A stretch of 19,461 nt of DNA from a virus. Lineage: Duplodnaviria > Heunggongvirae > Uroviricota > Caudoviricetes. How positions within the stretch are numbered: position 1 is the first letter of the stretch; each line of letters starts with the position of its first letter. Below the pieces are notes generated by a model, which was not told the DNA's origin, did no database searches, and was given only the letters and a program-made list of their open reading frames with translations. Made by a program: the position numbers and the translations under genes. Of this stretch, positions 1 through 8,380 are shown in pieces. The stretch covers positions 1 to 19,461 of IMG/VR virus record IMGVR_UViG_2671180427_000015. One strand, given 5' to 3'.

Positions 1-159
1 CACATCACCTTCTGCTGCAATCGCCTGCATCAGGGTATAAGGGGTTATGGCCACCGGACTACCAAACGGCTGCCAGCCCTCTTTCAGTTTGTGTGTCAGC
101 TTTTCCGCAAGATCTGACGGCGACGCCGCCCTGACAACATCATAATGTTTAATCGACAT
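1..159 (-). CDS. Hypothetical prophage late-region protein, 5' part only (53 codons; runs off the window start)
   Basis: Minus-strand ATG at 157..159 preceded by GGGAGAA Shine-Dalgarno; open to window edge; translation MSIKHYDVVRAASPSDLAEKLTHKLKEGWQPFGSPVAITPYTLMQAIAAEGDV. Not in the ORF track because it is incomplete. Confidence 0.5.
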   Translation of the reverse strand, partial: MSIKHYDVVRAASPSDLAEKLTHKLKEGWQPFGSPVAITPYTLMQAIAAEGDV

Positions 160-702
160 CGAATTTCTCCCGTGTACAGGAACAGAGTTAAAAAGCCGGA
201 ACCGGAATCAAATCACAGGATGACCATCTGCCAGTGGCAGGTCATAAAAAAAAGGCCGCGCCATGCGCAGCCAGAACTCACAAGGAAAATGATAGAAGGA
301 AATAACATTAGTGATGTACGCATGGCGCCTCCCGCTAAGTTCTGCAATGATCAAACAGAACTCGCTACGTGCCCTTAAAACTCGATCATTTAGCCCCTCC
401 AAGGAGGATTCACCATGCGGTTGGTTTTTTAATAAACAGTAAACAAAAAAGTCAAGAATTATTCATTCTGTTCTTTCATCATCGGCCACAGCAATACCAC
501 AATGCCGCAGACCAGAGCGCCATCAGTCAGTACCAACATTATCCTGCTGGTGAAATCCATCATCACCATCACTAAAAGCAGGATCACAACAGCAAGCAGA
601 CACAGTTTATAAAACAATGTTCAGAAAACGCATTCAGCATGCCTAAGGTTCTATTCCTACGAATAGCCAACTTGCAACTTAAAATATTATTTATGCAGCC
701 AA

Positions 703-1461
703 TTAAATTCTGGTCCTTACAATATCAACCTGAAGATTCTTATCTTGTGCTGATTGATAAATCACAAACCTTTTACTACCTGCATTGAAAGAAGTAGACA
801 AAACCAGACAATTATCATAACGAGCAAGAACATAATACCAACCATCATTATAATTAATCATTTCATATTCTTTCTTAAACTGTGGTTTGTAATATCCTGT
901 CAGAAATGAAAAAAGCCAGAAATATGCCACAAAAGCAATCATCACAATCTCAAAAAAATGTTTTTTTATAAATGGCTTATCATAGAAGCATGATACCGAT
1001 AAAAATCGCCCATAAGATCTTATCGAAATTGTAACCGCCAGCGCAATCGCTGCTGACAGTAGCAAAAGAGGTACCTGAATCTTCTGTCTCAATATAGAAA
1101 ACTCAATAATTGCCGGCACAAACAATAATTCCACAGCAAAATAAAGGCGAAATACATTTAGCTCTTGCATAGAATGTTTTCTTTTCACTGCGAAAAAGAA
1201 TACAACACCAATACCCCAACCGATAAGAAATATAGCAATGACGATAACTGCAAAAAATAAACTTCTGGCAACATCATCAACACCTGCACCTACAATCCAC
1301 CATGGGAAGCCGTAGTAAAAAGAAGTACCCCATCCATAGAAATAAGCACTCCCCCATCCAAGGCATCCCATGTAGGCAATAAAAAGTGAAGAACTCCTGA
1401 GCAGCGCACCATCCTTCATAACCACCCCAATACAAGATGATAACATTGGCTTACAACTCAT
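703..1461 (-). CDS. Polytopic inner-membrane protein of unknown function (about 5 hydrophobic helices plus a ~60-aa soluble C-terminal tail); moron in the late operon
   Basis: 252-aa ORF in markedly AT-rich DNA just downstream of Q/pR' on the same strand; several long hydrophobic stretches (e.g. LFFAVIVIAIFLIGWGIGVVFFFAV, FFEIVMIAFVAYFWLFSFL). No clear Shine-Dalgarno at the first ATG; true start may be an internal Met (e.g. MKDGALL). Confidence 0.55.
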   Translation of the reverse strand: MSCKPMLSSCIGVVMKDGALLRSSSLFIAYMGCLGWGSAYFYGWGTSFYYGFPWWIVGAGVDDVARSLFFAVIVIAIFLIGWGIGVVFFFAVKRKHSMQELNVFRLYFAVELLFVPAIIEFSILRQKIQVPLLLLSAAIALAVTISIRSYGRFLSVSCFYDKPFIKKHFFEIVMIAFVAYFWLFSFLTGYYKPQFKKEYEMINYNDGWYYVLARYDNCLVLSTSFNAGSKRFVIYQSAQDKNLQVDIVRTRI

Positions 1462-1627
1462 AACAAAAGCAATTCAATGCCGTCAAGAGGTTACAGGCTA
1501 AAAAAACTCTATTACATTGCAGTCAGCATGTTTACTACACAAATACAATTCAGAGCATAAAAACTACTCGGCGGCAGGTTATTGAGACTCATCAATGACA
1601 TGTAAAAAACGCCCATTATTGGTGTCA

Positions 1628-1656
1628 AGTTTCCCCAAAGTTATTCAAAAAGTCAA
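1628..1656 (-). promoter_or_regulatory. pR'-like late promoter with Q-utilisation region
   Basis: Minus strand reads TTGACT-17 nt-GAAACT then TTGACACCAATAATGGGCG, collinear with my recollection of lambda pR' (TTGACT...TAAATT TTGACTCAACGATGGG); lies 40 nt downstream of the Q stop. The -10 hexamer is degenerate. Confidence 0.45.
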
Positions 1657-1698
1657 TATTATGCCGTTAATATGTTGCCATCCGTGGCAATCATGGCG

Positions 1699-2322
1699 CT
1701 AACGTGTGATCGCATTCAAAATGTTGTCTGCGATTGACTCTTCCTTGTGGCATTGCACAACCAGAGCGTCATACAGCGGCTTAACAGTGCGTGACCAGGT
1801 GGGTTGGGTAAGGTTTGGGATTAGCATCGTCACAGCGCGATATGCGGCGCTTGCTGGCATTCTTGAATAACCGACGCCTTTACATCTTCCGCACTCTTTC
1901 TCAGCAACTATCCCCCACTGCTCTGTTTTGGCTATATCAACCGCACGGCCTGTACCGTGGCAATCTCTGCATCTTGCGCCCGGCGTAGCGGCACTACGGC
2001 AATAATCCGCATAAGCGAATGTTGCGAGCACTTGCAGTACCTTTGCCTTAGTATTTCCTTCAAGCTTTGCCACGCCACGGTATTTCCCCGATACCTTGTG
2101 TGCAAATTGCATCAGATAGTTGATAGCCTTTTGTTTGTCGTTCTGGCTGAGTTCGTGCTTACCACAGAATACAGCCATTCCGAATCCGGCTTGTGATTGC
2201 GCCATCCCCATAGCAGCCATCACATCAGTACCGGAAAGAGAGTCAGAAGCCGTGGCCCGTGGTGAGTCGCTCATCATCGGGCTTTTTGGCGAATGAAATT
2301 TAGCTACGCTTTCGAGTCTCAT
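1699..2322 (-). CDS. Q: Late-gene antiterminator Q
   Basis: 207-aa translation matches recalled lambda Q over its length; sits immediately upstream of the pR'-like promoter and overlaps the ninI stop by 4 nt. Confidence 0.9.
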   Translation of the reverse strand: MRLESVAKFHSPKSPMMSDSPRATASDSLSGTDVMAAMGMAQSQAGFGMAVFCGKHELSQNDKQKAINYLMQFAHKVSGKYRGVAKLEGNTKAKVLQVLATFAYADYCRSAATPGARCRDCHGTGRAVDIAKTEQWGIVAEKECGRCKGVGYSRMPASAAYRAVTMLIPNLTQPTWSRTVKPLYDALVVQCHKEESIADNILNAITR

Positions 2323-2984
2323 GCGCCTTCTCCCTGTACCTGAATCAATGTGAGATTTCCGCAGAACACTGCCCCAGTATCGATATACATCTGGTTGGCA
2401 AATTTGAGTGGTTTCACTGCTGGCGTATGACCAAAGATAAACGTGTCCGCGCCTTTAATTTCTTTAACGATCCCGTCTTGTGAGTTGCTGATTCGTTCGC
2501 GGTTCCAGATTACCTGCTGATGATCAACTGGCTTTCCAAATTCGTATTCGTCACAAGGATAATCGGCGTGGCAGATGACATATTTTTTACCTTTGCTCAC
2601 CAGTTCGATGATTAACGGAAGTTCTTCTGCTTTATGGGCAAGAGCTTTAGCCAGAATTTCTTTGTCGTAATCGAGATTAAAGAACCAGCCACCGCCATTA
2701 AGCAGCCAGTGATTAACGTTTCCACGCTCTGATAAGCCATCAATCATCATTTGCTCATGGTTTCCACGTACAGCTCTGAACCAGGGGAATGTGATTAATT
2801 CCAGGCATTCAACGTTCTCTGCACCACGATCAACCAAATCGCCCACCGAGATAAGCAGGTCTTTTTTGTTGTCGAATCCAATCGTATCCAGTTTGTTCAT
2901 CAGGTTCGTGTAGCATCCGTGCAGATCGCCAACTACCCAAATATTTCGGTATTTGCTGCCATCAATTCTTTCGTAGATATTCAT
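2319..2984 (-). CDS. ninI: NinI (Nin221) Ser/Thr protein phosphatase
   Basis: 221 aa; PPP-family metallophosphatase motifs visible in translation (GDLHG, GDLVDRG, GNHE); matches recalled lambda NinI. Confidence 0.9.
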   Translation of the reverse strand: MNIYERIDGSKYRNIWVVGDLHGCYTNLMNKLDTIGFDNKKDLLISVGDLVDRGAENVECLELITFPWFRAVRGNHEQMMIDGLSERGNVNHWLLNGGGWFFNLDYDKEILAKALAHKAEELPLIIELVSKGKKYVICHADYPCDEYEFGKPVDHQQVIWNRERISNSQDGIVKEIKGADTFIFGHTPAVKPLKFANQMYIDTGAVFCGNLTLIQVQGEGA

Positions 2985-3595
2985 GCAGCCTCACTTCTGC
3001 TGTTTCGCAGTTTTTTAAGTTTCTGTTGATACTCCGCCTTGATGGTCCTGCACTCTTCGACAGTCCAGCGATGGCGGTTATGGTTTGATTCGATTTCGTC
3101 TACTGCTTCCTGCCCGATGCGGCTAATCAGTTCGACGCGATACGGAACGAGATTTCCGCTTTTGTGCTGGTTGCACACCACGCATTGCTTGTGAATATTG
3201 CGTTCATCAAATCGGAGTTGAGGTGCCGCAGCAGTTGTCCGGTAATGTCCGGCATCCCACTGAGCAGACGTGAGCGTTCCGCACGAGATACATGGTAAGT
3301 CGCGGTCTCTTTCTCTGATGAAGGCGTTTACGGCTTGTTGGGCTTGTTTAATCCAGTAACTGCGGGGCTTTAAGGCGAGTTTTCGAATCTTAAGTTTATC
3401 TTTCTGTTTCTGCTCCTCTCGTCGTCGTTTCTTCTCTGCTGCTTTTTCCGCTTTTTCGCGTTCTTTACTTCGTCGTTCGAGTGCTATCTTGGTTCCACAC
3501 TCTGGAGAGCACCACCACTGATTAGCGAATGCAGGGTGAAACCATTCCCGACATTCATCGTTTTTACATCGTCTTCGCGCTGGTTTAGCCATCAT
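2981..3595 (-). CDS. ninG: NinG (Rap) recombination-associated structure-specific endonuclease
   Basis: 204 aa, Cys-rich N-terminus and lysine/glutamate-rich linker; matches recalled lambda NinG. Directly abuts ninI, so lambda ninH is absent. Confidence 0.9.
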   Translation of the reverse strand: MMAKPARRRCKNDECREWFHPAFANQWWCSPECGTKIALERRSKEREKAEKAAEKKRRREEQKQKDKLKIRKLALKPRSYWIKQAQQAVNAFIRERDRDLPCISCGTLTSAQWDAGHYRTTAAAPQLRFDERNIHKQCVVCNQHKSGNLVPYRVELISRIGQEAVDEIESNHNRHRWTVEECRTIKAEYQQKLKKLRNSRSEAA

Positions 3596-3755
3596 CTTCT
3601 TCCTCGTGCATCGAGCTATTCGAATCGCTCATCAGCTCTGCACAGCAGTGCTCACACACGTGAACTTCCAGCACATGCAGCTTCTGACCGCAATTAGCGC
3701 ACGTTAAAGCCCGCTCGACGCTTTCTTGTTCGTAACTTCGATTTGGGTCAATCAC
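3585..3755 (-). CDS. ninF: NinF-like small protein
   Basis: Translation ...[37 protein letters not shown]... matches recalled lambda NinF. Start placed at GTG 3753..3755 (GAGGA 8 nt upstream, GTGA overlap with ninE stop); the longer ORF to 3797 is the alternative. Confidence 0.65.
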   Translation of the reverse strand: MIDPNRSYEQESVERALTCANCGQKLHVLEVHVCEHCCAELMSDSNSSMHEEEDDG

Positions 3756-3934
3756 CTTGTATTCCTCGCACGATGTCTTAGCCACCGGATATCCCACAGG
3801 TGAGCCGTGTAGTTGAAGGTTTTTACGTCAGATTCTTTTGGGATTGGCTTGCGTTTATTTCTGGAGCGTTTCGTTGGAAGGTATTTGCAGTTTTCGCAGA
3901 TTATGTCGGTGATGCTTCGTCGCTGTCGTCTCAT
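3752..3934 (-). CDS. ninE: NinE-like protein
   Basis: 60-aa translation [60 protein letters not shown] matches recalled lambda NinE; start chosen inside the 90-aa track ORF, overlapping the methyltransferase stop. Confidence 0.8.
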   Translation of the reverse strand: MRRQRRSITDIICENCKYLPTKRSRNKRKPIPKESDVKTFNYTAHLWDIRWLRHRARNTR

Positions 3935-4458
3935 GCAGCCCTCCTGACGCCCTGCCCGATCGCCATCAATGCCGCTTTGGATACGGTAGTAAACATCCGT
4001 CGAGGACTGATGAACGGTCGCCAAATCAGCAGCATGGAGCCTTTGCTGTTTCCCTTCTTCTCCAGCCCTGTCGATGGTTCGATAAAATTAATCCGTCCAT
4101 CAGTGATAATACGAACTTCGTCAACACTCTCCAGAGCCTTGCTGAACCATCCGACAGACATATCCTCTGGCACAAGCATCACTACCGTCTGTCGCTGTTG
4201 TATACACTGCTCAGCGGCTTTTTCCACCCACGGCCTGATATTGCTGTACGGTGGGTTATTCCAGATTGCACCGTGGCTTACCCACTCAGAATTGAGCGCG
4301 TCGTCGTCCTCAGTTAGCCAGTGAGCGCACAGAGCGTTTTTGTCGCTCGCTGCCGAATCCAGCCAGAATCCAAACTCAATATCCAGTGCATCAAAAAGCC
4401 AAAGCGGCGTTTGCCAGCAGTCCTTGTCGTGTGCTGGCGTATTTGATTTGATAGTCAT
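3931..4458 (-). CDS. Orphan phage Dam-like DNA N6-adenine methyltransferase (occupies the lambda ninC/ninD position)
   Basis: Translation contains the N6-adenine MTase catalytic motif NPPY ([10 protein letters not shown]) and a WQTPxxLF-type N-terminal motif; start at ATG 4456..4458 in an ATGA overlap with the ninB stop. Confidence 0.7.
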   Translation of the reverse strand: MTIKSNTPAHDKDCWQTPLWLFDALDIEFGFWLDSAASDKNALCAHWLTEDDDALNSEWVSHGAIWNNPPYSNIRPWVEKAAEQCIQQRQTVVMLVPEDMSVGWFSKALESVDEVRIITDGRINFIEPSTGLEKKGNSKGSMLLIWRPFISPRRMFTTVSKAALMAIGQGVRRAA

Positions 4459-4895
4459 GCAGCCCGATCTCCCCATCGCGCTTTCCATTCGAGAGCCAGT
4501 CGCGCTTCGTCTGACCACTTAACGCCACGCTCTGTACCGAATGCCTGTATAAGCTCTAATAGCTCCGCAAATTCGCTTACACGCATCCTGCTGGTTGACT
4601 GGCCTATTACCACAAAGCCATTCCCGGCAAGGTTAGGAACAACATCCTGCTGCTTTAATGCTGCGGTAAACACACACTTCCAGCTTTCTGCATCCAGCCA
4701 GCGACCATGCCATTCAACCTGACGAGAGACGTCACCTAAGCAGGCCCATAGCTTCCTGTTTTGGTCTAAGCTGCGGTTGCGTTCCTGAATGGTTACTACG
4801 ATTGGTTTGGTTGGGTCTGGAAGGATTTGCTGTACTGCGTGAATAGCGTTTTGCTGATGTGCCGGAGATCGAATTTCAAAGGTTAGTTTTTTCAT
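4455..4895 (-). CDS. ninB: NinB (Orf) recombination mediator
   Basis: 146 aa from MKKLTFEIRSPAHQQ..., matching recalled lambda NinB; GGAGAGGG Shine-Dalgarno upstream; the track ORF begins 6 codons earlier. Confidence 0.85.
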   Translation of the reverse strand: MKKLTFEIRSPAHQQNAIHAVQQILPDPTKPIVVTIQERNRSLDQNRKLWACLGDVSRQVEWHGRWLDAESWKCVFTAALKQQDVVPNLAGNGFVVIGQSTSRMRVSEFAELLELIQAFGTERGVKWSDEARLALEWKARWGDRAA

Positions 4896-4901
4896 GACTT
4901 C

Positions 4902-4932
4902 CCTCTCCCCCAAATAAAAAGGCCTGCGATTA
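4902..4932 (-). terminator. Intrinsic terminator, tR2-like, between ren and ninB
   Basis: On the minus strand a GC-rich 7-8 bp stem (GGCCTGC/GCAGGCC, loop GGTAATC) followed by TTTTTATTT. Confidence 0.6.
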
Positions 4933-4968
4933 CCTGCAGGCCTGTGATTAGCTCAGTGATGTAGATGG

Positions 4969-5259
4969 TCATCTTTTAACTCCATATACCGCCAATATCC
5001 GTTTCATCGTGGCACTCTGGCGACACTCCTTAAAAATCAGGTTCGTGCTCATCTTTCCTTCCCGTTCTTCCTTGGTAGCAAACCGGTAATACACCGTTCG
5101 CCAGACCTTACCTTCGATAACCAGAAGACCTGCCCGTGCCATTTTAGCCGCGGCCTGATTTATGCTGGTTACTGTTGCGCCTGTTAGCGCGGCAACGTCC
5201 GGCGCACAGAAGCTATTATGCGTCCCCAGGTAATGAATAATTGCCTCTTTGCCCGTCAT
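4969..5259 (-). CDS. ren: Ren
   Basis: 96-aa translation matches recalled lambda Ren; positioned between P and tR2/ninB. Confidence 0.85.
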   Translation of the reverse strand: MTGKEAIIHYLGTHNSFCAPDVAALTGATVTSINQAAAKMARAGLLVIEGKVWRTVYYRFATKEEREGKMSTNLIFKECRQSATMKRILAVYGVKR

Positions 5260-5957
5260 ACACTTGCTCCTTTCAGTCCGAACTTAGCTTTAATTTCTGC
5301 GATCTTCGCCAGCGCCTGAACACGATTTAGAGGTCTGCCGCCCATGACAGGAAGTTGTTTTATTGGTTCAGGTATCGTCTCACCACGGTTAATTCGCGCT
5401 GTCATACAGGTCAGTTCATCGGCAGCCTTGCGTCGTAATTCCGCGTCAGTCAGCGCATTGGCCCGCATGTTCTGGTACAGGTTGGTAACCAGCCAGTAGT
5501 GCGCGTTCGATTTCCACGGATAAGACTCTGCATCCGGATACAGGCCTCGCTTCCGGCAATACTCGTAAACCATATCAACCAGCTCGCTGACGTTTGGCAG
5601 TCCGGCGATAACGGATGCTTCTTCCCGGCACCATGCAACAAACTGCCCGGGTGATGGCAGAAATGGTCGATTCTGCCGACGGGCTACGCGCATTCCTGCG
5701 TTAACCTGTTCCATTGTGGTGATCCCGTTTTCCCGGAAAGCCAGAACCCACTGGCGGCGGATTTCGTTCAGTTCGTTCTGGTCACGGTTAGCCAGGCTCG
5801 CCGGGAAAGTTGCCAGTAACTGGCTGAACACACCGTTGATGATCTGCGCTACCTGCTGTACCTGAGGCTTTTCGTCGTACTGTTCCGGCATGTTGTTGGC
5901 GATCCGACGCATCTGCTCACGGTCAAAGTTAACCATCTGTGCGGCGATGTTTTTCAT
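5256..5957 (-). CDS. P: Replication protein P (DnaB helicase loader)
   Basis: 233-aa translation matches recalled lambda P; 4-nt overlap with O stop. Confidence 0.9.
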   Translation of the reverse strand: MKNIAAQMVNFDREQMRRIANNMPEQYDEKPQVQQVAQIINGVFSQLLATFPASLANRDQNELNEIRRQWVLAFRENGITTMEQVNAGMRVARRQNRPFLPSPGQFVAWCREEASVIAGLPNVSELVDMVYEYCRKRGLYPDAESYPWKSNAHYWLVTNLYQNMRANALTDAELRRKAADELTCMTARINRGETIPEPIKQLPVMGGRPLNRVQALAKIAEIKAKFGLKGASV

Positions 5958-6853
5958 AAATCCACCCCGTAAATCCAGTCAGTGTTTGTCAGGTCGAGTT
6001 TTGGTTTGCAGGCTGTCACGCCTGCCTGTTGCTTGTTACGGTTGATTTCGAGCTGGGTCCACTTGTCGCGGAGTTTGGCCGGGCTCAGCACGTTACCGGA
6101 CCAGAAGTTGTCCTGGCATGCCCAGCGGAACAGTACACACATGTCGCGATGGTTACGTCCGTCACGTTCACGCATCAGGCGGATATCGTTAGCCCACCCT
6201 GCAAAATTCGGTTTTCTGGCTGATGGCGCGATGGTCTTCACCATGTCAAACATCCACTCTGCGGCGGTCAGATCTTCTGCTGTCCCCCACCTGCTGCCGC
6301 TCTGAATTGCAGCATCTGGTTTCTCCACAGAAAGATCGTTTTCTGGCTGGTCAGAGGATTCGCCTGAATTCTCTGACGAATAATCTTTTCTTTTTTCTTT
6401 TGTAATAGTGTCTTTTGTGTCCCCCTGTTTTGAGGGATAGCAATCCCTCAATTTGAGGGATGTTTTATCCCTCGTTTTAGGGGATTTTCCCTCGTTTTGA
6501 GGGATACACCATTCTGAGATGTTTTTATTTGGTCCAAACATGCCGCCTTGCTGCTTGATAATATTCATTCTGACGAGTTCTAACTTGGCTTCATTGCACC
6601 GTTTGACGGGTAACTTTGTAATCTCGCTAAGTTGAGAATCGGTGATTCTGTCCATTGGTTTATTCCACCCATAGGTTTTACGCAGAATGGCAAGCAGCAC
6701 TTTAAACTGTCGCTTGGTCAGATCTGCGCCTGAATAAGCCTCAAGCAGCATATTTGATAGTCTGACGTAACCATCATCGAGATCTGCCACATTACGCTCC
6801 TGTTCGGCAAAGTTACCTCTGCCGAAGTTGAGTATTTTTGCTATATTTGTCAT
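5954..6853 (-). CDS. O: Replication initiator O
   Basis: 299-aa translation matches recalled lambda O; contains ori iterons internally. Confidence 0.9.
   Translation of the reverse strand: MTNIAKILNFGRGNFAEQERNVADLDDGYVRLSNMLLEAYSGADLTKRQFKVLLAILRKTYGWNKPMDRITDSQLSEITKLPVKRCNEAKLELVRMNIIKQQGGMFGPNKNISEWCIPQNEGKSPKTRDKTSLKLRDCYPSKQGDTKDTITKEKRKDYSSENSGESSDQPENDLSVEKPDAAIQSGSRWGTAEDLTAAEWMFDMVKTIAPSARKPNFAGWANDIRLMRERDGRNHRDMCVLFRWACQDNFWSGNVLSPAKLRDKWTQLEINRNKQQAGVTACKPKLDLTNTDWIYGVDL
6379..6506. repeat. Origin of replication (ori lambda type): four iterons plus adjacent AT-rich segment inside the O gene
   Basis: Four tandem ~20-bp units each containing an inverted TCCCTC...GAGGGA pair between about 6418 and 6506, flanked at 6379..6417 by a T-rich stretch (TCTTTTCTTTTTTCTTTTGTAATAG). 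Confidence 0.8.
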
Positions 6854-6885
6854 AATGACTCCTGTGGATTGATCCAGTAATTCCC

Positions 6886-7182
6886 TCAGAATTGCATATC
6901 AATTTGCTTAAAATCCTCGGTGGCAGCCGGGGATTTTTTCTTTGTGATTTCATCAAGCGCATACTTAAAAGCCCTGCTAATCGGACTGATGTCTGATGCC
7001 ATTCCGAAAGCACACAAGACCGAAGCAATAAATCTCCAGTCCGTTCTGCTTATCTTCGATTCATGACAGCCAATCATCTTTGCCAAACCGCGCTGTGTAA
7101 GCGTTGATAGGTTGATGAGTAAATCTGTTTCTGCGCGATCAACGTCACGCTGTGATAGTTTGCTGTAACTTGTTCGTTCCAT
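6886..7182 (-). CDS. CII-family lysogeny transcriptional activator (not the lambda allele)
   Basis: 98 aa; C-terminal ...KKKSPAATEDFKQIDMQF resembles lambda CII C-terminus (...KKRPAATERSEQIQMEF); located directly downstream of cro and nutR. Confidence 0.7.
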   Translation of the reverse strand: MERTSYSKLSQRDVDRAETDLLINLSTLTQRGLAKMIGCHESKISRTDWRFIASVLCAFGMASDISPISRAFKYALDEITKKKSPAATEDFKQIDMQF

Positions 7183-7268
7183 TTCTTAATATTTCCAATA
7201 GTGAATTGTTAGTTGACAGGTATGCGTGGAAACGCATATGGCCTTAGTTGGTCAGATATCTTGGGACT

Positions 7269-7313
7269 CGCTTTTCAGCGACGTAGGACGAATGTCCGTT
7301 GTTACAAAGAGCG
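7269..7313 (-). promoter_or_regulatory. nutR-like N-utilisation site (boxA plus boxB hairpin)
   Basis: Minus strand reads CGCTCTTTGTAACAA (boxA-like) then, 18 nt later, CGCTGAAAAGCG (short stem with GAAAA-containing loop), between cro and cII. Confidence 0.5.
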
Positions 7314-7323
7314 GCTCCGCTTA

Positions 7324-7539
7324 TTAAGCGGCTTTGTGTTCCGGCGGGAACACGTCATCAAGACTTACTTTTGCGCCTAACTTGTTTAGGCACGCAACAA
7401 GAGCACGGCATGTTTTAAGGTCTGGGAAGCGACGACCAGATTCCCAATGTCCGATAGCTCCCTGTGTGCATCCAACTGCTTTAGCAAGTTTCGTTTGAGA
7501 GATATTCAGTGACTCTCGATATTTTCGTAGGTTGCTCAT
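7324..7539 (-). CDS. cro: Cro-like HTH repressor (not the lambda allele)
   Basis: 71 aa from internal Met (MSNLRKYRESLNISQTKLAKAVGCTQGAIGHW...) with GGAGGA Shine-Dalgarno at 7543..7548; divergent from cI across an operator region. The 128-aa track ORF would overlap the operators and cI. Confidence 0.75.
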   Translation of the reverse strand: MSNLRKYRESLNISQTKLAKAVGCTQGAIGHWESGRRFPDLKTCRALVACLNKLGAKVSLDDVFPPEHKAA

Positions 7540-7570
7540 ATGTCCTCCGTAGTAACCACGAATAAAAAAA

Positions 7571-7639
7571 TACAATATGTACTCACCAAACACAAGTAAA
7601 AATACATATTGTGCATGGATGGTTCCAGTACAGAGCGTA
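7571..7639. promoter_or_regulatory. Right operator/promoter region (candidate OR sites with divergent pR and pRM)
   Basis: Three related 11-bp elements of form TAC-N5-GT(A/G): TACAATATGTA (7571..7581), TACATATTGTG (7603..7613), TACAGAGCGTA (7629..7639), lying between divergent cro and cI starts. Confidence 0.5.
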
Positions 7640-7656
7640 ATAATAAGGATATGAAA

Positions 7657-8310
7657 ATGAAATGGTATGAACTGGCTAGATCCAGAATGAAAGAGCTCGG
7701 CATAACTCAAGAGAAGTTAGCCGAAGAGCTAGGTATGACGCAGGGTGGAATTGGACACTGGTTGCGCGGATCTCGTCATCCATCTCTTAGTGATATTGGT
7801 GTGGTGTTTAAATACCTTGGTATTGATAACATATCATTCAACCACGACGGGACATTTTCACCTGTTGGCGAATACTCATCGGCCCCAGTTAAAAAACAAT
7901 ATGAGTACCCTGTTTTTTCTCATGTTCAGGCTGGGATGTTCTCTCCAGAACTCAGAACCTTTACCAAAGGCGATGCGGAGAGATTGGTAGGCACAACCAA
8001 AAAAGCCAGTGACTCTGCATTCTGGCTTGAGGTTGAAGGTAACTCAATGACCGCACCAACAGGTTCCAAACCTAGTTTTCCTGACGGGATGTTAATTCTG
8101 GTTGACCCTGAGCAAGCTGTTGAGCCCGGCGATTTCTGCATAGCCAGACTTGGTGGTGATGAATTTACCTTCAAGAAACTGATCAGGGATAGCGGTCAGG
8201 TGTTTCTACAGCCACTAAACCCACAATACCCAATGATCCCATGCAATGAGAGTTGTTCCGTTGTTGGGAAAGTTATCGCTAGTCAGTGGCCTGAAGAGAC
8301 GTTTGGGTGA
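7657..8310 (+). CDS. cI: CI prophage repressor, mosaic: non-lambda N-terminal HTH domain fused to lambda-type S24 (LexA-like) C-terminal domain
   Basis: C-terminal ~130 aa ([19 protein letters not shown]...EVEGNSM...FKKL...[12 protein letters not shown]) matches recalled lambda CI; N-terminal ~85 aa is unrelated to lambda CI. Start placed at ATG 7657 (AAGGA 7 nt upstream); the track ORF starts at 7609. Confidence 0.85.
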   Translation: MKWYELARSRMKELGITQEKLAEELGMTQGGIGHWLRGSRHPSLSDIGVVFKYLGIDNISFNHDGTFSPVGEYSSAPVKKQYEYPVFSHVQAGMFSPELRTFTKGDAERLVGTTKKASDSAFWLEVEGNSMTAPTGSKPSFPDGMLILVDPEQAVEPGDFCIARLGGDEFTFKKLIRDSGQVFLQPLNPQYPMIPCNESCSVVGKVIASQWPEETFG

Positions 8311-8380
8311 TGAAGGGCTAAATGTCTCCTAATAAAAACAGCAATCATTTGAAATTATTAATAATTATAGAGGTTTAGTC

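Noticed and set aside
145-575. Plus-strand ORFs 145..378 and 369..575 (His-run peptide) and minus-strand 208..402
   Set aside because: Low-complexity translations in AT-rich intergenic DNA, antisense to the late operon, no ribosome-binding sites; the 208..402 frame starts at TTG without a Shine-Dalgarno.
459-617. Minus-strand small hydrophobic ORF (up to 52 codons, ...VILLLVMVMMDFTSRIMLVLTDGALVCGIVVLLWPMMKEQNE), possible holin-like or toxin peptide
   Set aside because: No ATG with a Shine-Dalgarno (candidate starts are TTG/GTG/ATG without a ribosome-binding site); hydrophobic codon runs arise easily in T-rich DNA. Left as unproven rather than annotated.
5450-6405. ORFs 5450..5641 (-), 5982..6305 (+), 6029..6223 (+), 6223..6405 (+) within P and O
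   Set aside because: Alternative-frame or antisense frames inside the P and O genes; no start-site support.
7609-7656. Upstream extension of cI to the ATG at 7609 (track ORF, 233 aa)
   Set aside because: The extension would start inside the operator region with no ribosome-binding site, whereas ATG 7657 has AAGGA at 7 nt spacing.
7745-8174. ORFs 7745..7990 (+) and 7926..8174 (-) inside cI
   Set aside because: Alternative-frame and antisense frames inside the repressor gene.
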